Positions 29,560 to 39,651 of a DNA stretch of 64,000 nucleotides are shown here, in pieces. The first letter of the stretch is position 1. Each line of letters opens with the position of its first letter. The DNA comes from an archaeon (GTDB lineage Archaea > Nanobdellota > Nanobdellia > Woesearchaeales > GW2011-AR9). The position numbers and the translations under genes were made by a program. The stretch spans positions 70,189 through 134,188 of the forward strand of contig JABHRS010000035.1 in assembly GCA_018670085.1 (NCBI GenBank), given 5' to 3'. A model generated the notes under the pieces. That model searched no databases. It had not been told where the DNA came from and saw only the letters and a program-made list of their open reading frames with translations.

Positions 29560-31326
29560 ATGGAATTTTCCAAGCTATCAAAACTATATGAAAAATTAGA
29601 ATCCACCAGTTCAGGTAATGAACTTCGTCAAATTCTTTCAGATTTCTTTAAAGAAACATCTAAAAACAATGTAAAAGAACTTCCAACAATTACTCTTTTA
29701 TCTCTTGGAAAAATAGCTGCAGATTATGAGGAGACTGTACTTGGAATTGCCGAAAAACTGATTTTAAAAGCTATTGCAAAAGCTAGTAATAAAGGTCAAA
29801 AAGAGATCACCAAATTAATGCAAACTATGGGCGATGCAGGACTAGTTGCTGCCCAGGTTCTAAAAACAAAAGCTATGACTTTGGTTCCAACAGGATCACT
29901 ATCAACTGAAGAATTATTCAAAAACTTACACAAAATAAAAAAAATTCAAGGTTCAGGTGCACAAGACAGCAAGGAGAAAATATTAATTTCTATGCTCCAA
30001 AAAACAACTGGCAACGAAGCAAAGTATCTAACTAGAATCATCCTTGGTAACATGCGCCTTGGAGTTGCTGACATGACAGTCCTAGATGCATTATCAATTT
30101 GTTTTACAGGTGACAAATCCAATAAAAAAAGATTAGAACGAGCATACAATGTTTGCCCTGATATTGCCAAAATTGCAGAGCAACTAGCTGAATATGGAAT
30201 AGACAAAATAGATGATATCCCAATTAAAGTTGGTAGACCAATTAGAGTAATGCTTGCACAGAGGGTCCACCAAATAAGTGATATGAAAGAAAAATTTTCC
30301 AGTGATATAATCCAAGTTGATGCCAAATATGATGGAGAAAGAGTGCAGGTCCACAAAGCAAGAGATGGAGAGATAACTCTCTTTTCAAGGCGAATGGAAA
30401 ATATTACCAATCAATTTCCTGATTTAGTTGAACATTTACAAAAAGAGATAAATGTCATTGCAACTGAATACATATTGGAAGGAGAGATAATGGCTTTAAG
30501 TGAAGATGGGAAAGAACATCGACATTTTCAAACCTTAATGCAACGAAAACGTAAAACTGAAATTGAAAAATATATCAAAAAAGTACCAGTTTGTCTTTAC
30601 ACATTTGATATTTTATACTTAAATGGGAAATCATTAATGAATGAAAGTATTCTAGTCAGAAATAAAGAGCTAGATAAAATTCTTTACAAAAAAAATCGTA
30701 TTAGAAGAATAGAGATGCTTCAAACTTCAAACATAGATGAGGTTGAATCTTTCTTTCAAAAAATGTTAAAAGATGGTAATGAAGGAATTATCGCAAAATC
30801 CACTGCAGAAAACTCACATTATAAGGCAGGTGCCAGAGATTGGAATTGGATTAAATGGAAAAAAGATTACATGCAAGACATGGTTGACAATTTTGATTTA
30901 GTTGTGATTGGAGCATTTTATGGTAAAGGAAAACGTAGTGGAAATTATGGATCACTGTTATGTGCTACTTACAATCATGACAATGACACCTTTGAATCAA
31001 TATCCAAACTTGGAACAGGATTAAATGACAAAACATTAGAAGAACTTCCTTTCATCCTCCGTAAACATAAATTGGAGAAAAAACCAGCAAGAGTAGTTGT
31101 GAATAAAGAGATGACACCTGATGTTTGGTTTGAACCATATTTGGTTGTAGAAGTTATCGCAGCTGAGATTAGTCAAGGTAAAATGCACTGTGCAGCAAAA
31201 CAAAAAGGTAGCGATCGCGGACTAGCATTAAGATTCCCAAGATTTATTCAAATCCGTGCTGATAAAGGACCTGAAGACGCAACAACAAGTGAAGAATTAC
31301 TTGATATGTATCAAGGTAGTCAGTAA
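29560..31326 (+). CDS. lig: ATP-dependent DNA ligase
   Basis: Motif I is AKYDGERVQVH. EGEIMA, EGIIAKS and WIKWKKDY are also present, along with an OB-fold C-terminus containing LRFPRFIQIR. Confidence 0.95.
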   Translation: MEFSKLSKLYEKLESTSSGNELRQILSDFFKETSKNNVKELPTITLLSLGKIAADYEETVLGIAEKLILKAIAKASNKGQKEITKLMQTMGDAGLVAAQVLKTKAMTLVPTGSLSTEELFKNLHKIKKIQGSGAQDSKEKILISMLQKTTGNEAKYLTRIILGNMRLGVADMTVLDALSICFTGDKSNKKRLERAYNVCPDIAKIAEQLAEYGIDKIDDIPIKVGRPIRVMLAQRVHQISDMKEKFSSDIIQVDAKYDGERVQVHKARDGEITLFSRRMENITNQFPDLVEHLQKEINVIATEYILEGEIMALSEDGKEHRHFQTLMQRKRKTEIEKYIKKVPVCLYTFDILYLNGKSLMNESILVRNKELDKILYKKNRIRRIEMLQTSNIDEVESFFQKMLKDGNEGIIAKSTAENSHYKAGARDWNWIKWKKDYMQDMVDNFDLVVIGAFYGKGKRSGNYGSLLCATYNHDNDTFESISKLGTGLNDKTLEELPFILRKHKLEKKPARVVVNKEMTPDVWFEPYLVVEVIAAEISQGKMHCAAKQKGSDRGLALRFPRFIQIRADKGPEDATTSEELLDMYQGSQ

Positions 31327-31346
31327 TCATAATACCACAAATATTC

Positions 31347-32222
31347 CTACATTAAAACCAAATTTCTTAAAGTTTTTTCAACATCTGCTCGAAGTGAAGT
31401 GACATTAGTTACAACACTTTTCTGCCTAAAAAATTCCCCTGTTTCCAAAACATCAAAATACCAACCAGGAACCGAGAACCAAATCTTACTCATTGGAAAT
31501 TTATTTGTTCCTGAAACTCCATCAACAAAACCATCAATTAATTCCAATGACATGTTAAGCTGTTTAACTAAATCAGAAGAAGGTCCAGCGGATCTTAAAT
31601 CCTTTCTAATTGATTCAAACACTTGATCATTTGAATCATCGGTTGTGTAAGGTAAATCATTAAAACGAACTATTGGAAGTATAGGCATGTATGTTGGACT
31701 TGCCAAAGAGAATAACTTTCGCATTTGAGATCCAATGGAATATTCGTCTGTAATTATGGGGCGGTCACTTTTAAATTGACTATAAATCCGATTAAATTTT
31801 CTAAATCTTGCCTCTATGCCCTTAAACTCCTTCGATGCAACCATATCTGTGCTCTTCAAAGCAACCAACAATTGTCTAGTCACATCGCTATAAAAATCCC
31901 GCAATGATCCTGGTCTTCTTGAAAGCTGCCCACTACCCCACATCTGAGCTTGACGACTGCCAAGAGAGATGATCACTACCTTGGAAATTCCTGCATCTCC
32001 TAATTTCACCAACTTTTGATATTCGTTGTGCACGGCCAGTTCATCATCAGTAAACTCTGAGATCATGGCAGAGTAAGTTTCTTCAGAAAATTTTTCATAA
32101 ACTTTAGCGATATCTAAAGCATTGCCAACATCTCCATAGTCACACCATTGAACTAGATCATCATTTGCCACATCAAAAACAACCCATGATTTACATTTAA
32201 AGACTGTTATAGTTGAGAACAT
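31347..32222 (-). CDS. Hypothetical protein
   Basis: A long ORF. I prefer the ATG at 32222 (MFSTITVF...) over the upstream non-ATG track start. No motif recognised. Confidence 0.55.
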   Translation of the reverse strand: MFSTITVFKCKSWVVFDVANDDLVQWCDYGDVGNALDIAKVYEKFSEETYSAMISEFTDDELAVHNEYQKLVKLGDAGISKVVIISLGSRQAQMWGSGQLSRRPGSLRDFYSDVTRQLLVALKSTDMVASKEFKGIEARFRKFNRIYSQFKSDRPIITDEYSIGSQMRKLFSLASPTYMPILPIVRFNDLPYTTDDSNDQVFESIRKDLRSAGPSSDLVKQLNMSLELIDGFVDGVSGTNKFPMSKIWFSVPGWYFDVLETGEFFRQKSVVTNVTSLRADVEKTLRNLVLM

Positions 32223-32358
32223 AATACAGAATAAACAATAACAAATCAACAATAAAGTCCCTCAAAGAGATTAAATGAAATTAAAATAAATTAAAAATAA
32301 AAGAAACAAAAAAGAATAACTAATGTATCCCAATCTCTTATAACAGATCAATCATCAA

Positions 32359-33291
32359 TCAATCAAAATTCAAATCACCATCAGAAGAACCGCTTGCACC
32401 TTCATTTACCAAAAAGGAACTAACTGACACAGCATTATTACTAAGATCAGTTTCATAATTTGACAAAACTCCATCAGGATCAATTACAATTTCTATTGTA
32501 ACCAAAATATCAGAAATAGTTGAACTTGAAGTTTCTTCCATTGCCCAATCATACCATTCAGAATCAACTTCCAAATCAACATGGAAATTTGCATTGTCAT
32601 AGAGACTATTATCTGGATTTGCATAAGGGATTTCTCCATCCTCATCAAAGCTTACAAAAGTTTGAGCATAATAGTGCTCAACTTCCCCATCTGGTCCTTC
32701 AGGAATACGTACTCCAACTTCAGCTGCAGGTAAAACTGAGTCTGCACCAAATGAAGTAACTGGAAAATATACTGTCACAATATCTTCTTTATCCCCACTA
32801 ATTTTTGCATTAATAAATCCAGTACCAAACATAGCAAGCCCAATTTCCAAATCAAGTTCAATATCTTCTTCAGCAGCTAATGCCTGCCCATCACAATCTT
32901 TGATTGTCATAACAGAACCAGAATATTCTGACTGAACTGAAGTCTCCTGCATTACTAAATTTGTACCATCACAATAATACTCAACTAATTCGACGCCAAA
33001 TCCATCAGATTGTCTTGAACAAACATCTGTAAATATTAATTCATTATTTCTAATTGTTCGAACAGAAGTTTCCCCATATTGAGTTAAATCTAACCCAGTA
33101 TCAGTTTCCACACAAGAATAAAATCGGACTTGTGAAAGCAATAATGAATCCGAAGTTTGACTAGCACCGATAATAAGGCTGTACGATTCCCCTGCGATGT
33201 TTAGATCGCCTTCAGAAAATAATGAAATTCCAAATAACAAACCCATTACTAAGACTGAAACTGTTAAGAAACCAACTAATTTAGATACCAT
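32359..33291 (-). CDS. Signal-anchored surface protein (paralogous N-terminus to 33459..34850)
   Basis: I place the start at ATG 33291 (MVSKLVGFLTVSVLVMGLLFGISLFSEGDLNIAGES), preceded by TTGAGGTA. The ectodomain is acidic. Confidence 0.65.
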   Translation of the reverse strand: MVSKLVGFLTVSVLVMGLLFGISLFSEGDLNIAGESYSLIIGASQTSDSLLLSQVRFYSCVETDTGLDLTQYGETSVRTIRNNELIFTDVCSRQSDGFGVELVEYYCDGTNLVMQETSVQSEYSGSVMTIKDCDGQALAAEEDIELDLEIGLAMFGTGFINAKISGDKEDIVTVYFPVTSFGADSVLPAAEVGVRIPEGPDGEVEHYYAQTFVSFDEDGEIPYANPDNSLYDNANFHVDLEVDSEWYDWAMEETSSSTISDILVTIEIVIDPDGVLSNYETDLSNNAVSVSSFLVNEGASGSSDGDLNFD

Positions 33292-33321
33292 CTGAACTAC
33301 CTCAATTAATAGAATTAAAAC

Positions 33322-33334
33322 GACTATATAAATC
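33322..33334 (-). promoter_or_regulatory. TATA-box-like element (ATTTATATAGTCG on the coding strand), about 30-43 nt upstream of ATG 33291
   Basis: The same element with the same spacing is found upstream of the paralog at 34881-34893. Confidence 0.4.
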
Positions 33335-33458
33335 ATACTGAAAAAGCTTATTGAAAAATAAATAGATTAAAGAAAAAAGATAAAGAATGTTTAGAAATAA
33401 AAAATAAAAAAATCAAGCACCGCTCTGTGGAAATTAAAAAAAAAGAAAAAGAAAAAAA

Positions 33459-34850
33459 TCAATAAATTCTAAACGCTTCTACATATGAACCAAATTCATT
33501 AACATAATCTCCACTTGCAGCTTCAACTTTGATAACTTCATATTTTTGCCCATCATAAAGCAGATGATAAAGATATTCATCAGCATATTCTAAATTACCA
33601 TCATAACTTAGATCTGCATAATCATCGCCATCACCATATGTCCAAGCAATTGACCCGTCAGTTAAATCCATTGCAAACAAAGGCCACTCAGAGTATAGAT
33701 ATTCCCCATCAGTTTCAAAAAGATCACCAATACCAGCAAAAGGCAAGTCACTGATTTCAGCAAGGTTAACTTCAAAAATTAACTCGCTAGTACCTGTTGA
33801 TATATCGTACGCTTGAATAAATGCTTCACAGTAAGCAGTTCCATCAAAGCCAAGGTACAAAACCCCATCAACTTCTAATGCAGCTTTAGCATACATTTCC
33901 TGGTTAGTAGAAATGCTACAAGCGTCACTTACACTAACACTCGCCAAACTGCTCCTACTTTCATCATTCCAGTGATTATTTTCTGGGATAAGCATTGTAA
34001 CAATATCACCAAGGACAAAATCACCAACACTTAAATCCAAACTAATTGCATTAAAATAACTTCCAGAACCAAGCGATGAATCATAGTGTTTCATACTTCC
34101 AGATTCTGTTAAAACATAAATTAAATCATTTTCATCATCAGCAAAAAATGTTTGATGATAATTATTTCCAACAACTGGGCTGTATAAATAAACATCATCT
34201 ACTTCTACACCAGTTTGCAAGTTATAAGCAAAAATGTAATATCCAGAAGCTTCATACAAGTAACCAGTAGAGGACAAATAATCCATAGAACCATGCTGAT
34301 TCCGATCACAATTTTTCCAAATTTGTGAACCATCGTGAATACTTAATCCATAAACACATCGGTTTGTTGCAACGTTTGCGCTACTTGATCCAAAAGCTAC
34401 AACACCATCTGCTACAACTAAGCTCTCAGGCAAGATACTGTTCAAATTACTCATAGTTGTACTCCAATACTCACTACCATCTTCAAGATATGCAACAACA
34501 TCATTATTAGATTCAATTGTAACAAGCAATTTAATATGATCATTATTGTCTAAAGGATTAGTCCCTTCAACCTCAACTTCATTATAATCAGAAAAACCAT
34601 CAAAATCAGTATCAACTAAATTAATGTCAGTTCCAAGTTCTGTCTCTAAACTGTCCAACAAACCGTCACCATCAGTGTCCGGGTTAACATTAATAGTTGC
34701 TACATACCTACTTGATTGTTTAGCATTAGCAAAACGACCGATTGCATCTCCTGCAACGTTTGAATCATTATCAGAGAACAATGAAACACCAATAAATACA
34801 CTCATAACTAAAACTGAAATCATTAAGAAACCAACTACCTTAGACACCAT
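33459..34850 (-). CDS. Signal-anchored surface protein with thrombospondin-type-3-like Ca-binding repeats and a probable beta-propeller
   Basis: The N-terminus is MVSKVVGFLMISVLVMSVFIGVSLFSDNDSNVAGDA. DTDGDGLLD and DTDFDGFSDYNE repeats are present. The C-terminus has repeated Y/W/G-rich blade-like segments. Confidence 0.7.
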   Translation of the reverse strand: MVSKVVGFLMISVLVMSVFIGVSLFSDNDSNVAGDAIGRFANAKQSSRYVATINVNPDTDGDGLLDSLETELGTDINLVDTDFDGFSDYNEVEVEGTNPLDNNDHIKLLVTIESNNDVVAYLEDGSEYWSTTMSNLNSILPESLVVADGVVAFGSSSANVATNRCVYGLSIHDGSQIWKNCDRNQHGSMDYLSSTGYLYEASGYYIFAYNLQTGVEVDDVYLYSPVVGNNYHQTFFADDENDLIYVLTESGSMKHYDSSLGSGSYFNAISLDLSVGDFVLGDIVTMLIPENNHWNDESRSSLASVSVSDACSISTNQEMYAKAALEVDGVLYLGFDGTAYCEAFIQAYDISTGTSELIFEVNLAEISDLPFAGIGDLFETDGEYLYSEWPLFAMDLTDGSIAWTYGDGDDYADLSYDGNLEYADEYLYHLLYDGQKYEVIKVEAASGDYVNEFGSYVEAFRIY

Positions 34851-34880
34851 TTGAAATACCTCAAATTAATTAATAAAAAA

Positions 34881-34893
34881 GACTATATAAATT
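34881..34893 (-). promoter_or_regulatory. TATA-box-like element (AATTTATATAGTC), about 30-43 nt upstream of ATG 34850
   Basis: This is the duplicate of the element at 33322-33334. The intervening GAGGTA SD-like motif is also duplicated. Confidence 0.4.
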
Positions 34894-34926
34894 ATTCTAA
34901 AATTAAGCTGGTTTTAATCACCATAA

Positions 34927-35271
34927 ATGGGAAAATATAAATATCTAAAGAAATATTTTGATCATATGGCAATGAAAGAACTAGAGAATAAATCAACGAT
35001 GGAAATTATCAAAATATGGATGCCGAAGAGCCTTCTTCATTGGTGGGGATTTATCTTAATGATAGTTGGATTACTAAGTGGTGGATTAATTGGAGTTACA
35101 ATTGGAATAATTTTTGGATCACTGATTATTAAATTAAGCAAAAAATCAGAATCAGAAATGTCAAAAAGAAAAAAATACTTATTAAGTATAACATACAGTG
35201 TAATTACAATATTTTTGATTGTAGTTGCAATGACTATAGTTTCAATTCTTCTCGGAAACGTTACAGCTTAA
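34927..35271 (+). CDS. Hypothetical two-TM membrane protein
   Basis: Two long hydrophobic helices are separated by a KKSESEMSKRKK loop. Confidence 0.5.
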   Translation: MGKYKYLKKYFDHMAMKELENKSTMEIIKIWMPKSLLHWWGFILMIVGLLSGGLIGVTIGIIFGSLIIKLSKKSESEMSKRKKYLLSITYSVITIFLIVVAMTIVSILLGNVTA

Positions 35272-35305
35272 AACTTTTTTTTATTTTTTTAAATTAATTT
35301 AGTAT

Positions 35306-37627
35306 TTAACCAAAATAACTAGCCTTTTCTTTCTTAATTTCCTTAGCTCTTGCTGAATTGAAATAGTCTTGAATTTGATCATACACTTTTTTAGTATCAT
35401 TATCTACTGAAGCTTTGATAATCTCTAATGCCTCATTCAAATTATCCATCGTAACTTTGTTTGCTTTAGGATCATGACGCAAAGCAATCATTCCAGCTTC
35501 ACGGCATACCGCCTGAATATCAGCACCAACGTAACCATCAGTTTTTTTAGATAATTTTTCTAAATCAAAATCATCTGAAACTGGCATTCCTTTAGTATAT
35601 ATTTCAAACAATTCCAATCTTCCAACTTGATCAGGTGCTGGTGTTAAAATTATACTATCAAACCTACCTGGGCGAAGTAATGCAGTATCCAAAACATCAG
35701 GACGATTAGTAGCTGCAATTACCACAACATCACACAAATCTTCCAAACCATCCATCTCAATTAACATTTGATTAAGCAAACTTTCATTAGAATCTGAAAA
35801 TGCACTGGATCCTGTACCGCGACGTTTAGCAAAGGAATCAATTTCATCAAAAAACACTATACTTGGTGAAGTCTGCCTTGCTCGTGAAAACACCTTTCTG
35901 AGTTGCTCAGCCTCTTTTCCAACTAATCCTTCTTGCTGTAAACTACTACTATTAACTAAGATAAAGTTAGCTTCACTTTCTTTGGCAACAGCCTTTGCAA
36001 GCAGAGTTTTACCTGTTCCAGGAGGGCCATAAAGTAACACACCTTTTGGTGGTCTAATACCTAAACGAGAAAATCGCTCTTTATACTTCATCGGCCACTC
36101 AACTGCTTCCTTTAATCGATCTTTAACTTCATCAAGTCCACCTACATCAGACCAAGACACTTTTGGTGTTTCAACCAATACTTCACGCATAGCACTTGGG
36201 CGGACTGTTTTAAGTGCATCCAAGAAATCTTGCTGACCGATCCGTAATTTTTCCAATATCTCAGTTGGAATTTCTTGACCCTCTTCTACACCTTCTAATT
36301 TTAAATCAGGTAAAAGACGACGAAGTACAATCATAGCAGCTTCCTTAGAAAGTGCAGAAACATCCGCTCCTACAAAACCATGTGTAATTTCTGAAATTCT
36401 TTCTAAATTAACATCTTCAGAAAGTGGCATGTTTCTGGTGTGTATTTGTAATATTTCCAATCTACCTCTTGCATCAGGAACTCCAATTTCAATTTCACGA
36501 TCAAATCTTCCTGGACGGCGAAGTGCAGGATCAAGTGAATTTGGTCGATTAGTTGCAGCAATTATCACAACTTTCCCACGAACAGTTAATCCATCCAAAT
36601 TTTTCAGAAGTTCTGAAACTGGTGTATTCAAAAATTCATTTGTTCCTCGGTCTTGACGTTTAAACGCAATAGAATCTAATTCATCAATAAATAAAATAGT
36701 TGGAGCATTTTCTTTTGCTTCTTCGAATATTTTTTGCATGGTTTTTTCAGTTTCACCTGGAATCCCACTAATAACATCGCTTGCTTTAAGCTCCATAAAA
36801 TGTACACCACTCTCACTTGCAACAGCTTTTGCAAGCAAAGTTTTTCCAGTCCCTGGTGGCCCATACAAAAGCACCCCACGTGGTGGATCAATTCCTAAAG
36901 TATCAAAAATTTGTGGATGTCTAAGAGGAAGTTCAATCATCTCTCTAACTTTTTTAATCTCTTCACCAAGACCACCAATATCTTCATAATTAACACCAAG
37001 GTGCATTTCCTCAACAGATACCTTAGCTATACTTGTGCTCAATTCAATTTCAGTTTCACGTCCAATAATTATTGGAACTCCCTTAGGTTCAACCTCAACT
37101 ACCATAAATCTCAAATCACCAAGACCAAGTCCAGAGAAACGATCTTCCATCGCAGAAAAAATATCATTAACTGCATGAGGTAAAGCAATGTCACCTCTAC
37201 GTTTTGATTGACCAAGTGAGACTAAATCTCCTTTTACAACTGCTTTACCTAAAAGACCAATTTTAAAAAATTGAGGAGATGCTCTTACTACAACTTGTTT
37301 TGTTGCAGGTGCCAACTTCACTTTACTTGCAACAGCAGGTTCAACCGTACTAACTTCAACAAATTCTCCAACACTAGTTCGTGCATTACTTCTAGAATTC
37401 CCATCCATTCGAATAATGTTTAAACCAATGTCTCCTGGGTACGCTCTATCAACAACAGCAACTGTTGCACGCATTCCATTAATTCGTACAACATCACCTG
37501 GGTTAGCACCAATTTTACGTAAATAACTAGAATCAATTTTTACTATTCCTTTGTTCACATCTTCTTGGACTGACTCCATCACTTTCAGTCTAATTTCAGA
37601 GAGAACTACTGACACATCTTCACCCAT
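35306..37627 (-). CDS. Cdc48/VCP-like AAA+ ATPase (double AAA)
   Basis: The N-domain (RLKVMES...VVRINGMRATVAVV) is followed by two AAA modules, each with GPPGTGKTLLAKAVA and a Walker B (ILFIDELD, IVFFDEID), plus SRH regions. Confidence 0.95.
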   Translation of the reverse strand: MGEDVSVVLSEIRLKVMESVQEDVNKGIVKIDSSYLRKIGANPGDVVRINGMRATVAVVDRAYPGDIGLNIIRMDGNSRSNARTSVGEFVEVSTVEPAVASKVKLAPATKQVVVRASPQFFKIGLLGKAVVKGDLVSLGQSKRRGDIALPHAVNDIFSAMEDRFSGLGLGDLRFMVVEVEPKGVPIIIGRETEIELSTSIAKVSVEEMHLGVNYEDIGGLGEEIKKVREMIELPLRHPQIFDTLGIDPPRGVLLYGPPGTGKTLLAKAVASESGVHFMELKASDVISGIPGETEKTMQKIFEEAKENAPTILFIDELDSIAFKRQDRGTNEFLNTPVSELLKNLDGLTVRGKVVIIAATNRPNSLDPALRRPGRFDREIEIGVPDARGRLEILQIHTRNMPLSEDVNLERISEITHGFVGADVSALSKEAAMIVLRRLLPDLKLEGVEEGQEIPTEILEKLRIGQQDFLDALKTVRPSAMREVLVETPKVSWSDVGGLDEVKDRLKEAVEWPMKYKERFSRLGIRPPKGVLLYGPPGTGKTLLAKAVAKESEANFILVNSSSLQQEGLVGKEAEQLRKVFSRARQTSPSIVFFDEIDSFAKRRGTGSSAFSDSNESLLNQMLIEMDGLEDLCDVVVIAATNRPDVLDTALLRPGRFDSIILTPAPDQVGRLELFEIYTKGMPVSDDFDLEKLSKKTDGYVGADIQAVCREAGMIALRHDPKANKVTMDNLNEALEIIKASVDNDTKKVYDQIQDYFNSARAKEIKKEKASYFG

Positions 37628-37849
37628 TTTTTCACCCTTATTTTGTCCTTAATCCAGGTATTTAAAGATTGTGGATGTCTGTTAGGTAGATGGATATTTG
37701 AGTTAAAATTTCAGAATACTTTAGGATCATTTAACAATGATTAAACCAAGTTATTACAATATTTAACCAGATAGAAACTAGAATTAAAAAAAAGACAATT
37801 ATAACATTAACATGAAAGAAAAGAAAAAATATAAATAAAAAAATTAAAA

Positions 37850-38284
37850 TTACTTCTTAGCTGCAGCTTTAGGCTTTACTTTGGAAGTTTTAACTTTTGG
37901 AAGTGGAAGTGGACTTGGTAAACTAACTTCTTCACTTACTTTAATTGCTTGAATATTTCCTTTATGAAGTGCCGCGTTTACAACCCTCTCCATGATATCA
38001 GCTGGAATATTCTTATTTTTCTTCCATTGATCCCTAATTTCTTTAATCTTTTCTTCAGTATCGGTGAAGAAAACTTGTCCTTCAACATCAATACTTCCAA
38101 GATCAGGTTCATACCTGCAATTAAATGTAAATGTAAATTTTAATCCACTGCTTCCAGGAATGTTGAATTGTAAATCTTCAATATCTTTGATAGATACATT
38201 GTTATTAATTCGGATTTGACCACCTTTAGCATCCAATTTCCTTTCTGCAACAACTTTATACAAATTAATTTTTACTATACCCAT
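37850..38284 (-). CDS. Hypothetical protein (144 aa) with a Lys-rich C-terminus
   Basis: A clean ATG ORF with no recognised motif. Confidence 0.55.
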   Translation of the reverse strand: MGIVKINLYKVVAERKLDAKGGQIRINNNVSIKDIEDLQFNIPGSSGLKFTFTFNCRYEPDLGSIDVEGQVFFTDTEEKIKEIRDQWKKNKNIPADIMERVVNAALHKGNIQAIKVSEEVSLPSPLPLPKVKTSKVKPKAAAKK

Positions 38285-38459
38285 TTATGTTCACCTTTAC
38301 TTAGTTTATATTTTATAATCACTCTTTTTTAATAATTATTTTTAATTAGTCATATTAGAGAATGTGTTTGTGATTTTATATTAAAAACCTCAAATTTATT
38401 CCTCTTATTTAGTTGCTACCAGGTACTCTTTATAAATATTCCTTTGATCTAAAGAATAA

Positions 38460-38816
38460 TCACATTCTGAGCACAGTTGGTATTTCAAGACCAAGATACT
38501 TGAATCTTTGAACAGATTCACCAGAATCCAATACTTTTTCTCCCATAAAACTATCCACTTCTCTAACCCAAAATTTCCCATCACCATATAACTCTTGGTA
38601 CAACACGAAATCTAAACCAGGCCTATCTATGCCTTCAATTTTAAACCCGGTCTTTTCTTTATTAGAATATATTTTCACTTGATTCAAACTTTCATGGTGC
38701 AAGGCTTTTGCAAAGAAAACATCATCTTCTGATGAAGAACAATATTGACCAACCCCATACGCAAGGTAAAAGTTACCTCTGAAATGTTGATAAAAACTTG
38801 GATTGAATTCTGTCAT
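38460..38816 (-). CDS. DUF1653-like protein
   Basis: YQHFRGNFYLAYGV and VLYQELYGDGKFWVREVDSFMGEKV resemble the DUF1653 pattern (Y+HYKG..Y, ALYGDG.LWVRP...F). Confidence 0.55.
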   Translation of the reverse strand: MTEFNPSFYQHFRGNFYLAYGVGQYCSSSEDDVFFAKALHHESLNQVKIYSNKEKTGFKIEGIDRPGLDFVLYQELYGDGKFWVREVDSFMGEKVLDSGESVQRFKYLGLEIPTVLRM

Positions 38817-38860
38817 GTGATTAAGCTCATATTACTTTTTATAAAATATACCGTTCTGCA

Positions 38861-39541
38861 CTAATCAACACCTTTTGGTGTTAATGCCCAAACAACATTT
38901 CCAGGACGAATGATTCCTCCCTTTTCTATCCAACCAGCAGAACCACGGTACGTTGTTAGAATTTTTTTATTCGAACCAGTGTCCACCATTTCTAAAGCAG
39001 CTTTTGGAAAATTTCTTTCAAAATCAGGATTCCCATATTCCCCAGCTAATTGCAAACCTGCAACTTTACATGGAAGCATTCCAGCATAAACTACCAGCAC
39101 AACATCATCGGGCCTACATCCTTTGTAATCACCTTGATCAGAAGAAATAACTAGATAAGTCATTGGCGCCAAATGAGATAATCCGCCTGGCCTATCAACT
39201 TCAAGCCCATCAATAACTAAATTTACTCCCAAGGATTCTGGAGTTAATTTTTTTTCAAGTCCCAACCTACATTTAATTTTGTTAATTTCATCAGAAGAAA
39301 TCCCACACCATTGACGATTGTTTCTAAATTGGATTCCTCTCTCATATAATTTCTTTGTCCTACCACCAGTTATTGCAGTGAAACCAAAGTGTCTATCCCC
39401 TACGATCCCTTCTGGATTTAGAGTTAAACTTTCTACTGCTTTTGTTAAAGAATAATCAGCACCCTTATACAAAGGATCAGGATTCACAGATATGTAGGTA
39501 CCATTTACTTGACCTTTTCGCATTATATTTTCAAATTTCAT
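38861..39541 (-). CDS. MOSC-domain-like protein
   Basis: The EGIVGDRHFG motif and the overall size fit a MOSC beta-barrel. The assignment is weak. Confidence 0.45.
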   Translation of the reverse strand: MKFENIMRKGQVNGTYISVNPDPLYKGADYSLTKAVESLTLNPEGIVGDRHFGFTAITGGRTKKLYERGIQFRNNRQWCGISSDEINKIKCRLGLEKKLTPESLGVNLVIDGLEVDRPGGLSHLAPMTYLVISSDQGDYKGCRPDDVVLVVYAGMLPCKVAGLQLAGEYGNPDFERNFPKAALEMVDTGSNKKILTTYRGSAGWIEKGGIIRPGNVVWALTPKGVD

Positions 39542-39651
39542 GTTGATGAATTATCTGAAAACTTGATATTTAAATAAATGGAAACACTGTTCTATTATTT
39601 AATATCAAAAAGAAGAAAAGAAAAAAAAGAAAAAAGAAAAATAAGTTCTTA

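Noticed and set aside
36429-37183. Several 70-90-aa ORFs on both strands within 35306..37627
   Set aside because: They lie inside the Cdc48-like gene, whose double AAA+ motifs fix the true frame.
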